Source: Octopus sinensis (lineage: Eukaryota). From it: a stretch of DNA of 64,000 nucleotides. Below are positions 63,119 through 64,000 of the stretch, piece by piece. Each line of letters opens with the position of its first letter. The stretch's first letter is position 1. The translations under genes were made by a program, and so were the position numbers. Location of the stretch: contig NC_043006.1 of NCBI RefSeq assembly GCF_006345805.1, positions 93,062,001-93,126,000 of the forward strand. Direction: 5' to 3'. Below the pieces are notes generated by a model. That model made no database searches. It was given only the letters and a program-made list of their open reading frames with translations, and had not been told where the DNA came from.

Positions 63119-64000
63119 TTAATCTACTATATTGTGTTTCGACTACAGAAAAAGTAATTTATCATCCTTTGAGTGAAAATTTAAAATTTCCCACTGCCGT
63201 GAAACGAGAACTTTGAATGTCATAAATAATTCCTGGCGATATATACTTTTCAAAGGTTAAATTGAAATATTCTGCAAGGAGAATGCCTGTGCTAAATGAT
63301 TTAGATTATATATAAAGTTGCTTTATTATAGTGTATTCTGGTTTCATCTCTTCGTTTTATGCGGCATGAAAGCTGAGAGAAACACGATACGCATCCGTAT
63401 ACACACGCCTATATACACACACACATACGCTCATACTGCTAGGTGTGTATATGTATTCGAGTTTCATGTATTCGTTTTGCGCAGCATGTATTCAGAGTTG
63501 TATATAATATATATCAATACAAACTTTTATGCATGTTTATTAGTTCATCCTTGGAGTCCTTCAGCTAGAGCAAAATATAAATCAATATCGTTTGCAAGCA
63601 ATGAATATTTACACAAAATCCATAAATGATAGACACGATGTAGCCCCTTGTTACGAACATTTATACGGTGTAATATTTTTAATTCTTGATAGGAAATTGT
63701 CTCCTTAATGGCTCCTTAAAATACAAATACAATATTTACTCTGTACAAGAAGTACATTTATATATGCCCGACGCCAAACGACTCGCTTGAGTATTCCTTC
63801 TCTAAATCATATTTTTATTGATTCTAATGCAGAAATATCATAATGCAAAATGTGACATGATTCTCTATATCAATATCGAACCGTTGCGGTTTCTAATTGG
63901 ACTGGCAGCGCAAGAGGCGACGTGCCTACATTTGAAATCAGTAACATTGGTATATTAATATGGATACGAAGATTCTATGAGAATTATTAAAATTTTAATG

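Overview
AT-rich eukaryotic (animal) DNA made almost entirely of transposable elements and microsatellites. The tRNA-derived SINE families match ones I recall from Octopus genomes, so the host is probably an octopus (inference, no search run). I could not identify a convincing host protein-coding gene; most short ORFs in the track are microsatellite translations. Main elements: (i) a ~10.1-kb Penelope-like element (PLE, 20095-30220) with RT plus C-terminal GIY-YIG, two ~2.15-kb direct pseudo-LTRs and an inverted partial pseudo-LTR; (ii) two near-full-length RTE LINEs (~45510-49325 +, 58597-62482 -); (iii) a decayed CR1-type LINE (~50165-54450 -); (iv) a Dong/R4-type RLE LINE 3' fragment; (v) an L1/Tx1-like ORF1 abutting one RTE; (vi) many SINEs and Tc1/pogo MITEs. 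The most notable signal is a dense set of minimal type I hammerhead ribozyme (HHR) motifs from at least six sequence-distinct families. Each family has its own palindromic stem III, and most copies sit as outward-facing pairs in foldback elements. All coordinates were counted by hand and may be off by a few bases; boundaries of degenerate elements are approximate.
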